Shown: piece by piece, positions 13,066-25,789 of the stretch
How positions within the stretch are numbered: the first letter of the stretch is position 1
Layout of the letters: each line of letters opens with the position of its first letter
From: Mobula hypostoma
Taxonomy: Eukaryota
Reading direction: 5' to 3'
NCBI RefSeq assembly: GCF_963921235.1
Contig: NC_086097.1
Coordinates: 2,108,001 to 2,172,000, forward strand
DNA: 64,000 nt
Translations under genes and position numbers: made by a program
The notes under the pieces: generated by a model
The model's database searches: none
Seen by the model: only the letters and a program-made list of their open reading frames with translations
Told to the model about the DNA's origin: nothing

Positions 13066-13740
13066 TAGAAACCATAGAAACCATAGAAAAAACCACAGCA
13101 CAGAAACAGGCCTTTTGGCCCTTCTTGGCTGTGCCAAACCATTTTCTGCCTAGTCCCACTGACCTGCACACGGACCATATCCCTCCATACACCTCCCATC
13201 CATGTATCTGTCCAATTTATTCTTGAATGTTAAAAAAGAACCCGCATTTACCACCTCGTCTGGCAGCTCATTGCATACTCCCACCACTCTCTGTGTAAAG
13301 AAGCCCCCCCTAATGTTCCCTTTAAACTTTTCCCTCCTCACCCTTAACCCATGTCCTCTGGTTTTTTTCTCCCCTTGCCTCAGTGGAAAAAGCCTGCTTG
13401 CATTCACTCTATCTATACCCATCATAATTTTATATACCTCTATCAAATCTCCCCTCATTCTTCTACACTCCAGGGAATAAAGTCCCAACCTATTCAACCT
13501 TTCTCTGTAACTGAGTTTCTCAAGTCCCGGCAACATGCTTGTAAACCTTCTCTGCACTCTTTCAACCTTATTAATATCCTTCCTGTAATTTGGTGACCAA
13601 AACTGAACACAATACTCCAGATTCGGCCTCACCAATGCCTTATACAACCTCATCATAATATTCCAGCTCTTATACTCAATACTTTGATTAATAAAGGCCA
13701 ATGTACCAAAAGCTCTCTTTACGACCCTATCTACCTGTGA
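13066..13740 (-). mobile_element. Young CR1 (subfamily B), 5'-truncated
   Basis: Open ORF 13150..13752; (TTCTATGG)n-type tail; near-identical to 34720-35398. Confidence 0.93.
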
Positions 13741-14535
13741 TCTGGGCCTCACAAAGGTGATGGGCTTAAGGAAGTAAGTTTACCCACTGAATTTGTGCTC
13801 AGCCATCAAACACCCATCTATACCAATCCAGAATTCATCCCATTATATTCCCCTCTCACTTGCTGCTCCTGGAGAAAAGTCCCTGCATTTGAATGGTCTC
13901 TCTCTCCCCCAAAGCTGTTAAAGTGTCAGAGTTCTGGGTCTTGCGCAAGGGTTAATTGACACAGTTTGTGATGTGTTTCTGGTTTCTGGTCATACCTTTT
14001 CTGTTGCTATTTTCGGCGATTTTGATGAGGGAGGCCTGCAGGTAGTGAGTTGAGTTGAACTGAACATGCCTGGATTCTTTAGATTTCTTGTTTTAAATTC
14101 AGTGTTTTTTGCTCATTGTTTTCTGTAGATTTTTGCATGATTTGCTTTTTTTGCCTGTGTGAGTTGTTGGGGGGATGTGGTCTGAATTCTTTTCCTTTGA
14201 ACAGGTTCGATGGTTTTCTTTGTTTTGTGGCCGTCTGTGGTAAGATGAATCTCAGGGTTGTATACTGTATTATAGGCTCTAATAATAAATACACTTTGAA
14301 ATCTTGGTATTCCCACAAACACTTCCCATCCTCCCCCAATTCTACCTCTTACCCTCCGAACTGACACCACTTACAGCAGCCAGTGAACCTACTGACCTGT
14401 CTGCCTTTGGAGCTTGGAGATCATTTGTAAAAGCACAGAGCAGAAAGCCATTCTGTTCACTCCTGTTTCTCACCACACAAGGGTTATTTTCAAATCCAAG
14501 CACATGATGCCTTCCGCTCCTGTGTTGGCTAAGTC

Positions 14536-14550
14536 ATTGCTATGGGTAAC
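14536..14550. promoter_or_regulatory. RFX X-box-like motif
   Basis: ATTGCT-ATG-GGTAAC versus GTTGCC-N0-3-RGYAAC; perfect right half; lies in non-repeat sequence. Confidence 0.35.
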
Positions 14551-14597
14551 CCAGCTGTGAGAATCAAGGTGTGCGCCCTCTCCTGGGCCTGACATCA

Positions 14598-14875
14598 TGG
14601 TAGCACAGTGGTTGCCGTGACACTATGACAGCCAGGGCTGTCGGGGTTTGGGGTTCAGTCCCGGCGTCCTCCGGAAGGAGTCTGTCCGTCATCCCCGTGA
14701 ACTGCAGGGGTTTCCTCCGGGTGCCCTGGTTTCCCCCCACAGTACAAAGACGGACTGGTAAGTAAGCTAATAGGTCGTTACAAATTGCCCTGTGGTTACG
14801 TCAGGGTCAGTTCGGGGATTGTTCGGGGTTGCTGAGCAGTCTGCCTCGAAGGGCCAAAAGAACCTAGTCCGTGCT
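14598..14875 (+). mobile_element. V-SINE (HE1-like); related copies at about 19331-19565, 30030-30230, 47310-47445, 56645-56905 (+) and 3950-4210 (-)
   Basis: tRNA-like head with GGTTC box and V-domain GGTTTCCTCCGGGTG..CTGGTTTCC..CCACAGT.CAAAGACG. Confidence 0.75.
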
Positions 14876-15437
14876 GTAATGAATTAAACCACATCCTCAT
14901 TATCCCGGCAGTAACGACATGGTCCAAGTTCAGAGCTCCCTCTCACTTCTGAGAACAGTCGGAGAGGAGAGGGACTGCAGTTCTGTGCTCGCTGCAATAT
15001 AAGCAGATTACATGTCAGGCCGAGCTGGGCTTTATGCAATCTGTCGGAGAGAATAATTTATATTCAAACCCACTGGGAGGAAGACTTAATGTATTCCATT
15101 GCTCTGCTTCATAGATTACAAGACTCCACAGGCCCACATGTCAATTTGAAGCAGAGATTGGTTTTGAGTAAAAACTATTTCTCCAGAATGTGCTGCAATA
15201 AATTCTCAGCTGGGTGTATTTTGTGATGTAGTTGTAAATATTGCTGACGCTAGATGAGTTAGTCCTTTCACAGGATCATGGCTTTCCAGGCAAACCCACA
15301 TGTATTGCTTATCACGAATTTTCTATTTTTGAACCGTTTTAAACCACTGCGGTCCTTTCGGCGAATGTTCTCCAGGAATACTGAGGGCAGCTGAGTACCA
15401 GGACTGAGGCGATCAATTTCCATGCCAGGCTTGAGAC

Positions 15438-16165
15438 GTAGAATCAAAGAACTCCACAGCATAGAAACAGGCTTTTGGCCCCTTCCAGTCCTCCTCGAGC
15501 TGTTCAACTGCCTCGTCCCATCGACCTGCACCCGCACCACAGCCCTCCATACCCATCCCATCCATTTACCCATCCAAGTTTCTCTTAAATGTTGAAATCA
15601 AACCTGTGTCCATCACTTCCACTGAATACCACTCTCACCCCCTCCGAATGAAGAAGCTCCCCCTCATGTTCTCCTCAAACATTTCACATTTCTCCCTTAT
15701 CCATGTCTTCTAGTTGTAGTCCTACCCAATCTCAGTGGAAAAAGCCTGCTTTCATTTACCCGTCTATACCCCACATAGTTTTGTATACCTCAATCAAATC
15801 TCCTCTCAATCTTCTACGTTCTAGAGAATACAGTCCTAACCTATTCGATCTTTCCTTATAACTCAGGTCCTCCAGACCTGGCAACATGCTTGTAAATTCT
15901 CTGTGTACACCTTTAACCTTGTTCACATCTTTCCTGTAGGTTGGTGACCAAATCTGCACACAATACTCCAAATTAGGCCTCACCAATGCCTTAAACAATT
16001 TCAGCATAACATCCCTACTCCTGCACCCAGTACATTGATTTATGAAGGCCAGTGTGCCCAAAGCCTTCTTTACGATCCGATCATTCTGTGATTGTCGAGG
16101 AATTCCCAGATCCCTCTGTTCTACCACACTCCTCAGTGCCCAACCATTCACTGTGTGCCCCGGTT
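15438..16165 (-). mobile_element. CR1 3' part
   Basis: LFKALVRPNLEYCVQIWSP. Confidence 0.88.
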
Positions 16166-16739
16166 TGTCAGTTTGTGACCTGGAGGAGAACCTAAAGTGG
16201 TGATGTTCAATACACCTGCAGTCTTTTGTTCTTCTTGCTGCTTGACATATGTTATTTATTCTCCAAGTGACACACTTATGTCTATCACATAACTTGGAGA
16301 ATAAATACAAGGTATTGTGTAGATAGTTCACTGTTCAACCACAATACACCTGTTTCCTAGTGAACATAGAAGACATTGGACTGCATGCAATCGGTGGGTT
16401 CATTCTGGACTGTGCTGGGCTTCTTGTGGAGCTGCAATCATTCAGGAAAATTCTTAACTCTTACTTATTACATCTCCATCATAACGGAGAATTTTAACCA
16501 GGTCAGCTTGAAAATGTCTCTAAATAATTCAGGCATTAGTTAGTCTTGCAAGACCATGGATCTGCGCCTGGAAAGTCTTCACTCTCCAGGGCGCAGGCCT
16601 GGGCAAGGTTGTATGGAAGACCAGCAGTTGCCCATACTGCGAGTCTCCCCTCTCCACAACACCAATGTTGTCCAAGGGAAGGGCATTAGGACCCATATGG
16701 CTTGGCACCAGTGTCGTCGCACTGTCTAAGTAATTATGC

Positions 16740-17866
16740 CAACTTATTTCCAATTACTACTACTTATGGAACCAGAGGAACCAACACACAGTACCACTGG
16801 TTACACCAGCATCAAGAGTGCTTACCGTGCCCACACTTCGGGAAGTCTGATCACTCGGCCAAACTTCTACTCTCTGAGTATTGACAGATTCTACAGACTG
16901 CAGCACCAGTAGTGAGGACCAAGAAGGTATGGACAAGGGAGGGGCAGGAGCGTTTACAGGACGGTTTTGAGTTGCTGGATTGGACTGTATCAGGGATTCA
17001 TCTCTGAGCTGGATCAGTGTGCAGCCCCGGTCACTGACTTCATTAACGTCTGTGTGGATGAGTGTGTACCTGCCAGAACATAGCGTACACACCCAAATCA
17101 AAAGCTGCGGATGAACCAGGAGCTTTGTAGTCTGCTGAGGGCTAGATCTGTGGCATTCATACCTGGTGACCCAGGACTATACAAGAAGATCAGGTACGAC
17201 TTACAGAGGGCTCTCTCAAGAGTAAAGGAACAATTTCAAATGAGGCAGGGACTGCAAGACATTACTTCCTACAAAGTGAAACCCAATATTATGAATGGCA
17301 GCGATGCTTCACAACCAGATGAACTCAACGCCTTTCACGCCCGCTTTGAAAGGGGGGATAAAACGGAAGCTCTGAGGATCGCTGCTGCGTCTGGTGACCC
17401 TGTGACCTGTGTCTCAGACGCCAAACTCAGACTGGCTTTCAAGAGAGTGAACCCTTACAAAGCGACAGGCCCTGATGGAGTACCCGGTGGGTCTGTGAAA
17501 ATCTGTGCCAACCAGCTGGCAGGTGTGTTCAAAGACATTTTCAATCTCTCATTGCTACAGATGGAAATTCCCACTTGCTTCAAATGGGCAACAATCATTC
17601 CAGTGCCCAAGAAGAGCAGGATGAGCTGCCTTAATCATTATCGTCCAGTAGCACTCACATCAACAATGATGAAGTCCTTTGAGAGGTTGCTTATAGTTAG
17701 AACCAACTCTTGCATCAGCAAGGACCTGGACCCACTGCAATTTGCCTATCACCACAATGGGTCTGCAGCAGATGTGTCTCTCTGGTTCTCCACGTGTTCT
17801 TGGATCACCTGGACAATACAAATACTTATTTCAGAATTCTGTTTATTGTCTACAGCTCAGCATTTA
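16740..17866 (+). mobile_element. Rex1/Babar-type LINE fragment
   Basis: KATGPDGVPG, DIFNLSL, IIPVPKK, YRPVALTSTMMKSFERL, DLDPLQFAY. Confidence 0.88.
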
Positions 17867-18237
17867 ACCCAAGGTAGATCTCAAACCCCATGTCCATGGT
17901 ACTGTCAGACGGTACCCAAGGTAGATCTCAAACCCCATGTCCATGGTACTGTCAGACAGTACCCAAGGTGGATCTCAAACCCCATGTCCATGGTACTGTC
18001 AGACAGTACCCAAGGTAGATCTCAAACCCCATGTCCATGGTACTGTCAGACAGTACCCAAGGTAAATCTCAAACCCCATGTCCATGGTACTTTCAGACAG
18101 TACCCAAGGTGGATCTCAAACCTGTGCCCATGTCCATGGTATTGTCAGACAATACCCAAGGCGGATCTCAAACCCATGTTCATGGTCATGGTACTGTCAG
18201 ACAGTACCCAAGGTGGACCTCAAACCTGTGCCCATGG
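17867..18237. repeat. Minisatellite, 47-bp unit x7 plus a partial unit (two units extended to 52 bp), with an internal palindrome
   Basis: acccaaggtagatctcaaaccccatgtccatggtactgtcagacagt starts at 17867, 17914, 17961, 18008, 18055, 18102, 18154, 18206. Confidence 0.95.
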
Positions 18238-18384
18238 GCCATCCAATTATAGTTGTTGCAGAAGCCTTCGTACATGACTGATGACAGAGACTCCATCCTC
18301 TGTAGCTGATCCAGTTAGGTTCTGATCAATGATCAAAATGATGATGATGTTGATATTAGCATCTCAGTGTGTGTTTTGCCATTG

Positions 18385-19272
18385 ATGATGTTTGTTGAGG
18401 AAGCAGAGAGTCTGCAGAAAGACTCCAACAGACTAGGAGAATGGGGAGAGAAGTAGCCCATGGAATACAGTGTCGGGAAGTCAATGGTCATGCATTTCGG
18501 CAGAAGGAATAAAGGCGTAGACCTTTTTCTAAACGGGAAGAAATTTCAAAAATCAGGGGTGCAGAGGGACTTGGGAATCATCGTGCAGGTTTCCCTGATG
18601 GTTAACGCAGGTTGAGTTGGTGGTAATGAAGGCAAATGCATTGTTAGCATTCATTTCGAGAGGACCGGAACATAAAGGCGGGGATGTGATGCTGAGGTTT
18701 ATAAGGTATTGATCAGACTTCACTTTGAGTATTGTGAGCAGTTTTGGGCCCCTTATCGAAGAAAAGATGGGCTGGCATTGGAGAACGCCCGGTGGAGGTT
18801 CACAAGAATGATTCAGGGAATGACAGGGTTAATGTATGAGTAGCATTTGATGGTTCTGGGCCTGTACTCGCTGGAGTTTAGAAGAATGAAAGAAAATCTC
18901 ATTGAAATCGATTGAAAATTGAAAGGCCTCTGTAGAGTGAATGTAAAGAGGATGTTTCCGATAGTGACAGAGTCTAGGACCAGAGGGCAGAGCCTCAGAA
19001 TAGAGATGAGGAACATTTAGAACAGAGATGTGGAGGAATTTCTTTGGCCAGAGAGTGGTGAATCTATGGAATTCATTGCCACAGTGGGCTGTGGAGGCCA
19101 AGTCATTGGGCATATTTGAAGCAGAGGTTGTTGGTTGGTCAGGGTGTCATTGGTTACAGTGAGAAGGCAGGAGAACAAGGTTGAGAGGGATAATAAATCA
19201 GTCATGATGAATGTCAGAGGAGACTCGATGGGCCAAGTGGCCTAATTCTGCTCCTATGTCTTATGGTCTTAT
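18385..19272 (+). mobile_element. Degenerate CR1 3' half
   Basis: CR1 motifs and TCTTATGG tail. Confidence 0.85.
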
Positions 19273-19944
19273 TAGTGGGGGGTGGGGTGAATCCTCACTT
19301 TGTCAGTGATACCCATATCCCAAAAACGAGAGGGCAGCCCTGTAGTGTACCAGTTAGCATAGCACTGTCACAGCACAGTGACTTGGGTTCATTTCCTGCC
19401 CTGTCTGCGTGGAGTTTGTACATTTGCCCCTGTGACCATGCGAGTTTCTTCTGGGTGCCCTGGTTTCCTCCCACAGTCCAAAGACGTACGGGTGAGTGGT
19501 CAGATGGGTGTGATCGGGCAGTGTGCGCTGGTTGGGCTGAAGGGCCGGTTACTGTGCAGTATCTGTAAATCTGAAGGATGATCTGTCTGCAATGATATTG
19601 TTGCTGTCTCAGGTGAACATCCTGCATTTATCCTCTTATCTTCTGACAGCCCTTCTGCCGCAGTATCTGTGCCAGATCTGAGAGCAATGCCACTGATGCT
19701 CCCCTCCAGCCGGTGTTTCCATCAAACCTGCTAATCCTTTTGTATACTGCACTTCTCTCTGATTACCATCTCACTCGGAGGATCCAAGATACTGATCTGT
19801 GAGTGATTGTGATCTTGGGCATCAGACAATTAAAGGTCCAACAGCGAGCTCTGAGCTGTTCAGTTGATTAAAGTAGGAAGGTGTGACAATGAGCTGATGG
19901 GAGTTTTGACGATGATCATCCTAACTGGTACAAAATTGTGTTTA

Positions 19945-22680
19945 CAAAGAACAGTGCAGGAACAAACCCTCAGCCCACAATGTCGTGCTGAATTAAATCA
20001 TTAGTAATCAAATGGTCAACTAAACTTATCTCTTCAAAGTTCATATCCTTCCATTTCCCTCACATTCCTGTGCCTATCTAAACGTCTCTTAAAAGTCCCT
20101 AATGTATCTGCCTCTACACCATATTTCAGGCACCCTCCACTCTGCAATAACCTGCCCCTCACATCTCCTTAAAATTACCCCCTCTTTCCTTAAATGCACA
20201 CCCTCTGGTATTAGAGATTTCAACCCTGGGATTTCCTGTATCTCAATAAATAAGTAAACAAAAAGATGCTCCCTGTTTACTCTATCTATGCCTCTCATAA
20301 TCTTAGAAACCTCTATCAGATCTCCCTACAACATCTGCCGCTCGGGAGAAAACAACGCAAGTTTGTCCAGCCTCTCGTTATAGCACATGCCCTCTAATCC
20401 AGGCAGCAGCCTGGCAAACCTCTTCTGCACCCTCTCCACAGCCTCGACATCCTTCCTATAATGGGGGGGAGACATGATAGGAACTGTATGGAATACCAGA
20501 GGCCCCCTCTCCGAAGCCTTGACATCCTTCCTGTTATGGGAGGGCGGGGGTTGATAAGAACTGTATGGAATTCTCCAGAGGCCCCCTCCCCACAGCCTCG
20601 ACATCCTTCCTGTTATGGGGGGGGGGTGAAAGAACTGTGTGCTAGTGTGAGTAGCTTGATTTTGAAAATAAACTCAACTTTGATGTAAATAAATTGAACA
20701 GGTTCAAAGCTATGAAATGGATCACACAGGACAGCAATACTCCTGTGATCTTGTCATAGAGTCGATGAGAAATACAACGCGGAAACAGGCCCTTCAGCCC
20801 ATCTAGTCCATGCTGAAACCATTTAAACTGCCTATTCCCATGGACCTGCACAGTGGCCATTGCCCTCCATTCTCCTGCTTATCCAGACTTCTCTTAAATG
20901 TTGAGATCAAGCTCGCATCCATCACTTGCACTGGCAGCTCACTCTCTGAGTGAAGAGGTTTCCCCTCACTCTCACCTTAAACTTCTCACCTTCCACTCTT
21001 AAGCCATGACCTCTGCTTGTAGACCTACTCAACTTCAGCGGAAAAAGCCTGCTTGCCTTTATCCTATCTGTACCCCTCATAATTTTGTATACTTCAATCA
21101 AATCTCCTCTCAGTCTTCCACGTTCTAAGGAATAAAGTCCTAACCTATTCAATCTTTCCTTATAACTCAGGTCCTCCAGACCTGACAGTATCCTCGCACT
21201 CCTTCAATCCTCACTCTTTCCTGTGGACAGGTGACCAGATCTGCACACGATACTCCAAATTAGGCTTCACCTATGTCTTATACAACTTCATCATAACATC
21301 CCATCTCCTGTACTCAGTACATTGATTTATGAAGGCCAATGTGCCTAAAGCTTTCTTTACAATCCTATCTACCTGTGACACCACTTTCAATAAATTATGG
21401 ACCTGTATTTGCAGATCCCTCTGTTCTACCGCACTCCTCAGTGCCAGACTGTGTAAGACCTACCCTGGTTGGTCCCATCAAAGTGCAACAGCTCCCACTT
21501 GTCTGCAATAAATACCATCCGCCATTTTTAGTCCATTTTTTCCAGCTGCAATGTCCAGGCCCCACTGCAATGCATGATAGCCTTCCTCATTGTCCACTAC
21601 TCCCCCAATCTTGGTGTCATTCGCATATTTGCTGATCCAGTTCACCACATTATCATCCAGATCATTGATATTGATGACAAACAACAACAGACCCAGCACC
21701 AGTCTCTGTGGCACACAGTGTCCCAGGGCTCCAGTCAGAGAGGCAGCCCTCTACTACCACTTGCTGGCTTCTCCCACAAAGCCAATGTCTACTCCAATAT
21801 CCTACCTCATTTTGAATGCTGAGCGATTGAACCTTCTTGACCAGACTCCCATGTGGTCCTTGTCAAATGCCTTGCTAAGCTCCATGTAGACAACATCCAC
21901 TGCCTTACCTTCATGGTAACTTCCTCGAAAAACTCTGCAAGATTGGTTAGACACAAAGCAGAAAGCCATGCTGACTATCTCTATGTGCAAACAATATACC
22001 ATAATTTCTAAAAGATAAAGGGAGCTGCAATGAATCATAATCCTCTTTTACAGATTTAATGTTTCAAAATCCTTCAACACTAAGTCATTTTGAAATAACT
22101 TTTAGGCAAATAGTATAAGCCAATCAGTACAGAGTAAGATCCCACAGAAAACAATTAATCGAATGGGTAAAGTGTTTGCTGGAATATTGAGAGCTCTCTG
22201 ACAATCCTGTTCTCTTGCGAATCCTGTCATGGTGTATTTTATGCTTTTAGACCATAAGATATGAGAGCATTATTAGATCATTTACCACATGAAATCTCTC
22301 TCTACTCTCTCTCATTCCATCATGGCTGATTGACTATCCCTCTCATCCGTCTTATTCTCCTGCCTTCTCCCTGTAACCCTTGACACCCTGACTAAGAACC
22401 TATCAAACTTTTCTTTAAATATACCTAATGACTTGGGCTCCACAGCGGTCAGTGAGAATGAATTCCACAGATTCATCACCGTCTGGCTAAAGAAATTCCT
22501 CCTCATTTGTATTCTAAAGGGACGTCCCTCTATCCTGAGACTGAGACTTCTGGTCCTAGATGACTCGCCCCCCCTAGAGGAGACATCCTCTCTACATCCA
22601 TTCTATTGATAGACCCCTGGTCCTGGACAACTCGCCCCCTAGAGGAGACATGCTCTCCACAGCCACTCTATTGATAGACT
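19945..22680 (-). mobile_element. Three degenerate CR1 pieces (about 19945-20640 with a local duplication, 20755-21955, 22250-22680)
   Basis: CR1 ORF2 motifs and 3'UTRs. Confidence 0.8.
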
Positions 22681-23734
22681 GCCAACTACCTTTTATCATT
22701 CAAAATGGCTGAATCTTCAGTAGAATGTTTCTTTCATAAAACAGGCCAAGCCTATGGCAATGACTGGATTTCCTCCGGATCCTGGGATTTGTACTTCTGT
22801 CTCTCTCTCTGGCTATCCATCCCATAGGATGATGATGATTCCTTTCAATCAGTTAGTGGGGTGGGATACTCCACTCCTCAGAAAGGAACAGCATGTGCAT
22901 GAATGGATTTTAGGTGAGTGGGGGGTTGCACAGGTCCAGACCCACCCTCTCGACATCCCCTCCCGGATCCAGCGGCATGGTGGGGTCTGTCGCAGTGAAT
23001 AGCCAGACCAAGCTTCGATGCAAGGGATGCCCTTTCTGTGCTTCACAGCACGTGTTTGCTAGATGGCCGTTGACCCTACGAGAGGGTTCATCTGCCCTTT
23101 GACAGGACTTGTTTTTCGTCCTGCAGGGTGTCTAGCCACCCTCCTCACCAGGCGAGTGTCCTGACGTGTATTTCAGTATTGGAGGCAAGGATGAACCAAC
23201 TACTTTCTTACTCATAGTCAAGATTACTAATTATATTTCATTGAAAAATATTCAACTAAATATTCACATCATCAGTTGTGCTGATGACTTGACTACAGGC
23301 TTTCAGATTCATGATCATTACAGCAGAATCAAATGTTTATTTTGCTTACGCTAAGAAGTTTCAATAGAGAAGATAGTTACATCTGAATACTGGTTGTTTT
23401 TGCCCTATCTTGAATGCCAAGTTATGCTACCATTTAGCCAACCCCATTCAAAATACCCCACACAATATGGTTACTTTAAGTCTGTTACAACGAGTTTTAG
23501 ATCGCTGGTCTCTTTATCCTTTGCCATTCAAAAATGAATCTTTAAGTGGAGGCAGTTTGCATACGTATATCTCATCGAAATTCAGCCGTTTACCACTCAA
23601 CTGAACAACATGATAGATAGATCAGATTCCTTAATTTGGACATCATTATTCAGCCTGCAAAAGATGCTGAGTCACTTTCTGATTGGTGGAAAATGACATT
23701 GACAGGTGTAGGTCAATGAATATACCTTGCTCAC

Positions 23735-24735
23735 AATGTCAGTAAGACCAAGGATTCGATTGTCGAGTTCAGGTAGGGGGAAAATGAGTGAACACACAGT
23801 TATTTCTCATCAAGGGATCAGCAGTGGAGCCAGTGAGCAGTTTCAAATTCCTGGCTGTTCTGGGCTCAACATATTGATTACAAAGAAGGCCCAAAAGTGG
23901 CTATATTTCACTAGGAGTTTGAGACTTGGTATGTCAGCAAAGACTCTTGCAAGTTTCCATAGAGTATTCTAACTGGTTGCATCACCATCTGGTATGGAGG
24001 GGCGTCTGCACAGGATTGGGAAAGGCTGCTGGAATTTGTAAACTCAGCCAGTCCTGCTGAAGGGTCTCGGCCCAAAACGTTGACTATACTCTTTTCCATA
24101 GATGCTGCCTGGCCTGCTGAGTTCCTCCAGCGTTTGTGTGTGTGTTGCCCAGCTCCTTTGTGGTCACTAGACTCCCTAGATCAAACACACCTTCAAAAGG
24201 CAATGCCTCAATAAGGTGGCACCCTTCATTTTGGGCCCCCATCACCCAGGACGTGCCCTCTTCTCGTTGCCACCATCATCCAGGACGTGCCCTCTTCTCG
24301 TTGTCACCATCACCCAGGATGTGCCCTCTTTTCGTTGCCACCATCACCCAGGACGTGCCCTCTTCTCGTTGCCACCATCATCCAGGACGTGCCCTCTTCT
24401 CGTTGTCACCATCACCCAGGATGTGCCCTCTTTTCGTTGCCACCATCACCCAGGACGTGCCCTCTTCTCGTTGCCACCATCAGGAAGGAGGTACAGGAGC
24501 CTGAAGACCCACACTTAATGTTTCAAGAACAGCTTCTTCCTCTCCACCATCAGATTTCTGAATGGACACTGAAACCATGGACACTACCTCACAGTTATTA
24601 CTTTCCCCCTCTCTTTTTGCACTACTTAGTTAATTTAATTTTAATTAATTTTATTATTATGTATTGCACTGTACTGCTGTCATAAAAAAACAGAAATATT
24701 CACGAAACATGTTGGTGGTATTAAACCTGATTGAG
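23735..24735 (+). mobile_element. Rex1-type 3' part, interrupted by a PLE pLTR piece (24050-24148)
   Basis: GCITIWYG and [21 protein letters not shown] motifs; PLE piece has a mutated hammerhead. Confidence 0.8.
24239..24482. repeat. 34-bp tandem x7 with higher-order ABC-ABC-A structure
   Basis: ccatcacccaggacgtgccctcttctcgttgcca; diagnostic variants recur every 102 bp. Confidence 0.95.
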
Positions 24736-24764
24736 ATTCTAACTGGATATCTATTTTTGGATAT

Positions 24765-25490
24765 AGAGTCATAGAATCAGCACAGGAACAAGCCCTTTGG
24801 CCCACCTAGTCTGTGGTGAACCATTTAAACTGCCTATTCCTATTGAACTGCACCAGGACCATAGCCCTCCATACCCCTACCATCCATCCTGTAGTGAGGT
24901 GACCAGAACTCAACACGGTACTCCAAGTAGGGTCTGACCAAGGTCTTATAGAGCTGTAACACTACCTCACGGTTCTTGAACTCAATCCCACAGTTGATGA
25001 ATGCCAACACACTGTACGCCTTCTTAACAACACTGTCAACCCGCACAGCAGATTTGAATGTCCTATGGACATGGACCCCAAGATCTCTCAGATACTCCGC
25101 ACTGACAGGAGTCTTACTATTAATATTATGTTCTGTCTTCAAATTTGACCTACCAAAATGGATCACTTCATACTTTTCTGGGTTGAAGTCCATCTGCCAC
25201 TCCTCAGCCCGGTTCTGCATCCTATCGATGTCCCGCTGTAACCTCTGACAGAACTCCACACTATCCACAACACCCCCAACCTTTGTGTCATCAGCAAACT
25301 TACTAACCCACCCTTCTACTTCCTCATCCAACTCATTAATGAAAATCACGAAGAGTAGGGGTCCCAGAACAGATCCCTATGGAACACCACTGGTGACTGA
25401 CCTCCATACAGAATATGAACCATCTACAACCACTCTTTGCCTTCTTTGGGCAAGCCATTTCTGGATCCACAAAGCTAGATCTCCTTGGGT
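24765..25490 (-). mobile_element. CR1 with internal deletion
   Basis: ORF 24840..25349 with KFADDTK; RT joined directly to the 3' end. Confidence 0.88.
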
Positions 25491-25789
25491 CACTAATTGG
25501 CCTCATGCTTTGCTTATCAATAACTTCAACCGACAAAGTGCCCGCCAAGCAACACAGTTCCAAAACAAGGAGTCTGTTGTGGGTTTTGATATAGCAAGAG
25601 AGTACGAGGTGGCCAGAGGAATTCACTCCCAAAGCATTCTTGAAGAAATGCAGAATCCAACTGACTTGTAATGGGGTGTCGGCCGGTCTAGGATTGAACC
25701 GGGTTGTTATGGTGAAGCCCTGAATCTTTAACCAGTGGACTTCCAGAAGAGAAGTCTGAATGTTTTTGTTAAAATAAAAGAGGAATAAG

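Noticed and set aside
14598..14680. tRNA gene
   Set aside because: It is the degenerate tRNA-derived head of a V-SINE, with no convincing cloverleaf.
16530..16720. Unclassified repeat-like segments (also about 10908-11390, 22820-23155, 49520-49860, 62670-63345)
   Set aside because: They look like non-autonomous or UTR pieces of other TEs, but I cannot classify them without a repeat library.
17867..18237. CRISPR-like array of palindromic repeats
   Set aside because: The intervening sequences are repeated rather than unique spacers, there are no cas genes, and the context is eukaryotic.
17111..18277. 388-aa ORF as a novel Cys-repeat protein
   Set aside because: It is a Rex1 RT fragment reading through the 47-bp minisatellite; the Cys repeats are an artefact of frame cycling.
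24136..24685. His/Cys-rich repeat ORFs
   Set aside because: These are translations of the 34-bp tandem array.
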